DNA of 64,000 bases. It comes from a virus (taxonomy: Duplodnaviria > Caudoviricetes). The stretch is taken from positions 19,433-83,432 of IMG/VR virus record IMGVR_UViG_3300027533_000015. One strand, given 5' to 3'. This document shows, in pieces, positions 63,983 through 64,000 of the stretch. Within the stretch, counting starts at the first letter, position 1. Every line of letters begins with the position of its first letter. The notes beneath the pieces are model-generated. The model did no database searches, was not told where the DNA came from, and saw nothing but the letters and a program-made list of their open reading frames with translations. Position numbers and translations under genes: made by a program.

Positions 63983-64000
63983 TTTATTCCATCTTTGTCT

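Noticed and set aside
1-64000. Stop-codon reassignment (TAG or TGA), known in some Crassvirales
   Set aside because: Genes up to 12.4 kb are intact in the standard code, TAA, TGA and TAG all end genes, and no suppressor tRNA is seen.

Overview
Most of a crAss-like (Crassvirales-type) Bacteroidota phage genome in the standard genetic code. 1-3.6 kb is a leftward cluster of small early-type hypothetical genes plus an origin-like intergenic region. About 4.2-62 kb is one rightward block: accessory fibre module, HTH/IHF-like genes, tRNA-Cys, terminase, portal, scaffold-like protein, major capsid protein, ring/auxiliary capsid proteins, fibres, a glycoside hydrolase-PKD protein, tail tube and muzzle homologues, cargo proteins and a 4141-aa virion RNA polymerase (DFDVD) with a C-terminal zincin. 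After a bidirectional terminator at 62 kb there are small convergent genes. The most striking unannotated feature is a set of four covarying, anticodon-less tRNA mimics (7-bp acceptor, D arm with TGG loop, canonical T arm, N-CUA end) separating consecutive early genes, alongside other repeated hairpins and a 4-copy candidate phage regulatory motif. Product calls rest on motifs and synteny recognised by eye; no database search was run.
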